Assembly: GCA_031409335.1 (NCBI GenBank)
Contig: JANNWY010000019.1
Span: 1 to 22,097 of the forward strand
Origin: Chthoniobacteraceae bacterium
Lineage (GTDB): Bacteria; Verrucomicrobiota; Verrucomicrobiia; Chthoniobacterales; Chthoniobacteraceae
Direction of reading: 5' to 3'
Length of the DNA stretch: 22,097 nucleotides
The notes under the pieces were generated by a model. That model saw only the letters and a list, made by a program, of their open reading frames with translations. It did no database searches and was not told where the DNA came from. Shown piece by piece: positions 18,652 through 22,097 of the stretch (position 1 is the stretch's first letter; each line of letters starts with the position of its first letter). The position numbers and the translations under genes were made by a program.

Positions 18652-18750
18652 TGATATTGCGAAAAAACGCGACGGGCAGGTTGGTGATCGGCGCTGTCGC
18701 AAAACTCAGCAATTCGCATCTGTGCCGGTATGAACTCAAACACGACTTTT

Positions 18751-18944
18751 GAGGGCCAAAGGCCCGCAAACAAGCCAGCCCAGGGCAACGCCCTGGGTGC
18801 CAAATTACCACTTGATCGAGCCCTGCAAGGGCGGCGCACGACGCTGACGTTCGATTTGTCCCGCCCCTTCAGGGCTCGCTTCGCAAAAGACATCCAACCC
18901 AGGGCGTTGCCCTGGGCTGGCTTGTTTGCGGGCCTTTGGCCCTC
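18751..18944. repeat. REPIN-like long palindrome made of REP hairpins
   Basis: Perfect 48-bp inverted arms 18751-18798 / 18897-18944, each containing CCCAGGGCAACGCCCTGGG. Inner 18-bp inverted repeat 18817-18834 / 18861-18878 (16/18). Confidence 0.85.
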
Positions 18945-18960
18945 ACTCGCGACGCTCCGC

Positions 18961-21900
18961 ATGAAGATCCTCCCCCTTCTCGCCGCATCCCTCGCCTTCG
19001 CGCTCACGGTGGCGCGCGCTTCGGACACGACGACCGTCTTTAACGAGGTGATGTATCACCCGGCGGGTGTGGGTGGCGCGGAGTGGATTGAGCTGCACAA
19101 TCAGATGGCGGTGAACATGGATCTGTCGGGATGGGAGATCACCGGCGGGGTGAACTTCACTTTCCCGACGGGCACGACGATCGCGGCGGGCGGGTATCTC
19201 CTCGTTTCCAGCAATACCGCGTCCGTGCCGGGCTCGATCGGTCCGTGGACGGGCAGCCTGGACAACTCGGGGGAGACGATCCGGCTGAAAAATCTGAGCG
19301 GGCGCACGATGGATGAGCTGTCCTATGCCGACAGCGGGCTGTGGCCTCTCGGGCCGGATGGCTCGGGCGCGACGCTCTCCAAGCGCATCCCCGGCGGCAA
19401 CAGTGCGGACCCCGAAGCGTGGACGGCGAGTTGGCAGACGGGCGGCACGCCGGCCGTGCGAAATTTTCCCGATGGCCCGCTGCTCGGGCCGCCGCTGACT
19501 TTGATCGGACTCGGTGGCGGGTGGATTTATCAGCAGGGCGCGGATCTCGGCGGCGCCTGGGCGCAGACGAATTACACGGCGGGCGCGGGCGGATGGCAGG
19601 CGGGCACCGGGGCTTTTGCTTTCGATGAAACACCGCCGCCGGTCAGCGTCGGCACGGTGCTGCTCGATCCCGCGACGACGGCGAATCCGGTCTGCTATTT
19701 CCAAAAGACGTTCACCTTCACGGGCGATCCGGCGAAGACGCAATTGTCCGCGCAAATCCTGATCGACGACGGTGCGGTCGCTTACCTGAACGGGATTGAA
19801 ATCCTGCGGCAGAACATGCCCGCGGGCCCAGTGACAGCCGCGACGCGCGCGGTTTCCGCCGTGGGAAATGCCGCGCTTGCGACGATCCCGCTGCCCGCGC
19901 AGTTCCTCATCGCCGGGGCCAACACGCTCTCCGTCTCGCTGCACGACGCCCCGCCCGACGGTGCGCTGCCGCCGGTGCTCACGCGGGTGGAGGAAGGCGG
20001 GACGATGGACGCGTCGGCGAATCTCGCGCTGGCCAGCCGCGGGTCGGTGCCCTTTGCGAAGGACCTGCTGCCAGGCTACCCCGACACCCACACCATCGAT
20101 CGCCTCAACAACGGCACCTACGGCAACTCGAGCAGTTGGATCGGAAATTCGACGAACAGCTTCTGCGGCATCAATCTCGGCGCGACCCCCGTGATGGTCG
20201 CGGGCCTCGCCTTCGGTCGCGACAACACCGGCACCTTTGCCGACCGCACCAACGGCACCTACACGATCCAATACACGACGGTGCCGAATCCCTCCGCCGC
20301 CACGCCGGATGGCTCGTGGACGACGCTCAACACGCTGAACTACGCGGGAGCGTCCGCGCCCTTTTTCGACTTCCCTTCGCGGCGGCACCGCTACGAATTT
20401 CCCGCCGTCTCCGCGACCGGCTTTCGCATGATTTGTCCGGGCACCGGCATCGGCTCCGGCGCGTGTGTGGACGAGCTGGAACTCTACGGCCCGCGCCTTC
20501 CCGATCTGGTCTTCGACCTCGCGCTGAGTTCGCAGGAAATCCTGCCGCTGCCGACCGACACGCGGATCGTCATCAATGAAATCGGCGGCACCGGCGACGC
20601 CGTTTTTCGGATCGAGTTGAAAAACGAGGGAGCCTCGCCCGTCAGCCTCGTCGGGATGAAGCTCGGCGCCTTCACGCTGCCGGCCACCATGCTCGCGCCC
20701 GGCGCGTTGGTCGTCTTCGACCAGACGCAGTTGGGCTTCCGTCCCGTGGATGGCGACCGCGTTTTTCTGCTCACGTCCGGCGGCGGCACGCTGCTGGATG
20801 CCGTCGTCGCGCGCACGACCGTCCGCGCTCGTTCCGGCGGGCGAATGCTCGCGCCCACGGCGGCGACCTTCGGTGCGGAAAACACGTTCGCGTTTCAGCA
20901 GGACATCGTCTTCAGCGAGATCATGTATCACTTCCCGCCGAATCCCGGCGTGCCGGAAGTGCCCGCGGTCACTGCTTCCACGGTGGTCATTCCGCTCGAT
21001 GCCACCTGGCGTTACAACCGCAGCAATACCAACCTCGGCGCGGCGTGGGCGCAGAGCACGCATCCGGTCGGGGGCGACTGGCTGAGCGGCCAGGCGCTGC
21101 TGGGCTTCGAGAGCACGCCGCTCGTGTTGCCGGATACGCTGCGCACGCCGTTCCTCACGTCGAGTGCGCCGACTTACTATTTCGAGACCGACTTCACCCT
21201 CACCGCACAGCAGCTCGCGACGCTCACGGAATTGCGCCTGGAACACGTCATCGACGACGGCGCGGCGTTTTACATCAATGGCGTCGAGATCACGTCCGCG
21301 CGCTTCAATCTGCCTGCCGGGTTTTCTTTCGTGACGGGGACAAGTCCGAGCGTGGGCAATGCCGTGCTTAGCACGCCGATGGTCATCCCCATCGCGGGAC
21401 TGAACCTGCAAGCCGGCATCAACCGGCTCTCGATCGAGGTGCATCAGCAGGTTCCGACGAGCAACGACATGGTGTGCGGCGCGCGGCTGTCGGTCGTGTC
21501 GATCGTCACGCCCGCGGTGCCGGCTGTGCCCGTGACGGAAAATCCCGAGGAGTGGATCGAGCTGCTGAACAAAGGCGGAACGACCGTGAGTCTCGCGGGA
21601 TGGAAGCTCGATGACGCGGTGGCTTTCACCTTCCCCGCAGGCACGATGCTCGATCCCGGCGCGTATCTCGTGGTGGCAAAAAATGCGGCGGCACTGACGG
21701 CCAAGTGGCCTGAGCACAGCACGCGCATCATCGGCAATTTTTCGGGTTCACTTTCCAACAGCGGCGAACGGATCACGCTCAAGGACGCGAACGGAAATCC
21801 CGCCGACGAGACGCGCTACTACGCGGGCGGCGCGTGGCCCGAGACGGCCGATGGCGGCGGCGCTTCGCTGGAATTGCTGGACGCGCGCGCGGACAACACG

Positions 21901-22097
21901 ATCGGCTCCGCGTGGGCGGCCAGCGAGGAAAGCGGCGATGCGGCGTGGCAAAACATCAGCTACACGATCGTGGCGGGGCAGACCTTCGGGCAGACGCTTT
22001 GGAATGAATTCCGGCTCGGCCTGCACGACAGCGGCGAGTGTCTCGAGATGACGTAAGCGTCGTGCGTGTGAGCAATGCGCAGCAGCTCATCCAGGGC
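18961..22097 (+). CDS. Large secreted lamin-tail-domain (LTD) protein with carbohydrate-binding-like and discoidin-like domains; apparent frameshift at ~22045, continues past the window end
   Basis: Signal peptide from ATG 18961 (MKILPLLAASLAFALTVARA). LTD motifs NEVMYHP..EWIELHN..DLSGW, L.NSGE.I.L, WP..DG.G.SL. Two DDGA..Y.NG.EI modules. In-frame stop at 22054-22056, but the -1 frame reads DDVSVVRVSNAQQLIQG to the end. Confidence 0.85.

Noticed and set aside
17395..21717. Minus-strand ORFs 17395-18396 and 18943-21717
   Set aside because: Arg/Gly-rich antisense shadows of the PEP-CTERM and LTD genes.
1..22097. tRNA, rRNA, CRISPR array, prophage or reverse-transcriptase genes
   Set aside because: None recognisable by eye in the intergenic regions or the translations.

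Overview
GC-rich bacterial window, most likely Verrucomicrobiota/PVC (DUF1549/DUF1553 + DUF1501 pair, PVC-type membrane dehydrogenase, PEP-CTERM and lamin-tail-domain surface proteins). From left to right: (1) the 3' end of an IS630 element, apparently nested in an IS481/IS1202(ISNCY)-like element that has a highly structured ~190-nt leader and a slippery A7 run at its likely start; (2) a large secreted SGNH-like/beta-propeller/HEAT/F-type-lectin/cupredoxin protein; (3) an outer-membrane beta-barrel; (4) an internally deleted ISAzo13 inserted at the stop codon of the DUF1501 gene; (5) a minus-strand DUF1553 cytochrome c - antitoxin - VapC - DUF1501 run; (6) a SNF2 helicase + SWIM pair; (7) divergent PEP-CTERM and lamin-tail proteins, the latter frameshifted near the window end. 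Two palindromic REP/MITE-like elements lie between genes. The most notable signals are the pseudoknotted putative ncRNA in the transposase leader and one discoidin-like domain shared by three genes, circularly permuted in the DUF1553 cytochrome. All family assignments come from motif recognition by eye; no database searches were run.
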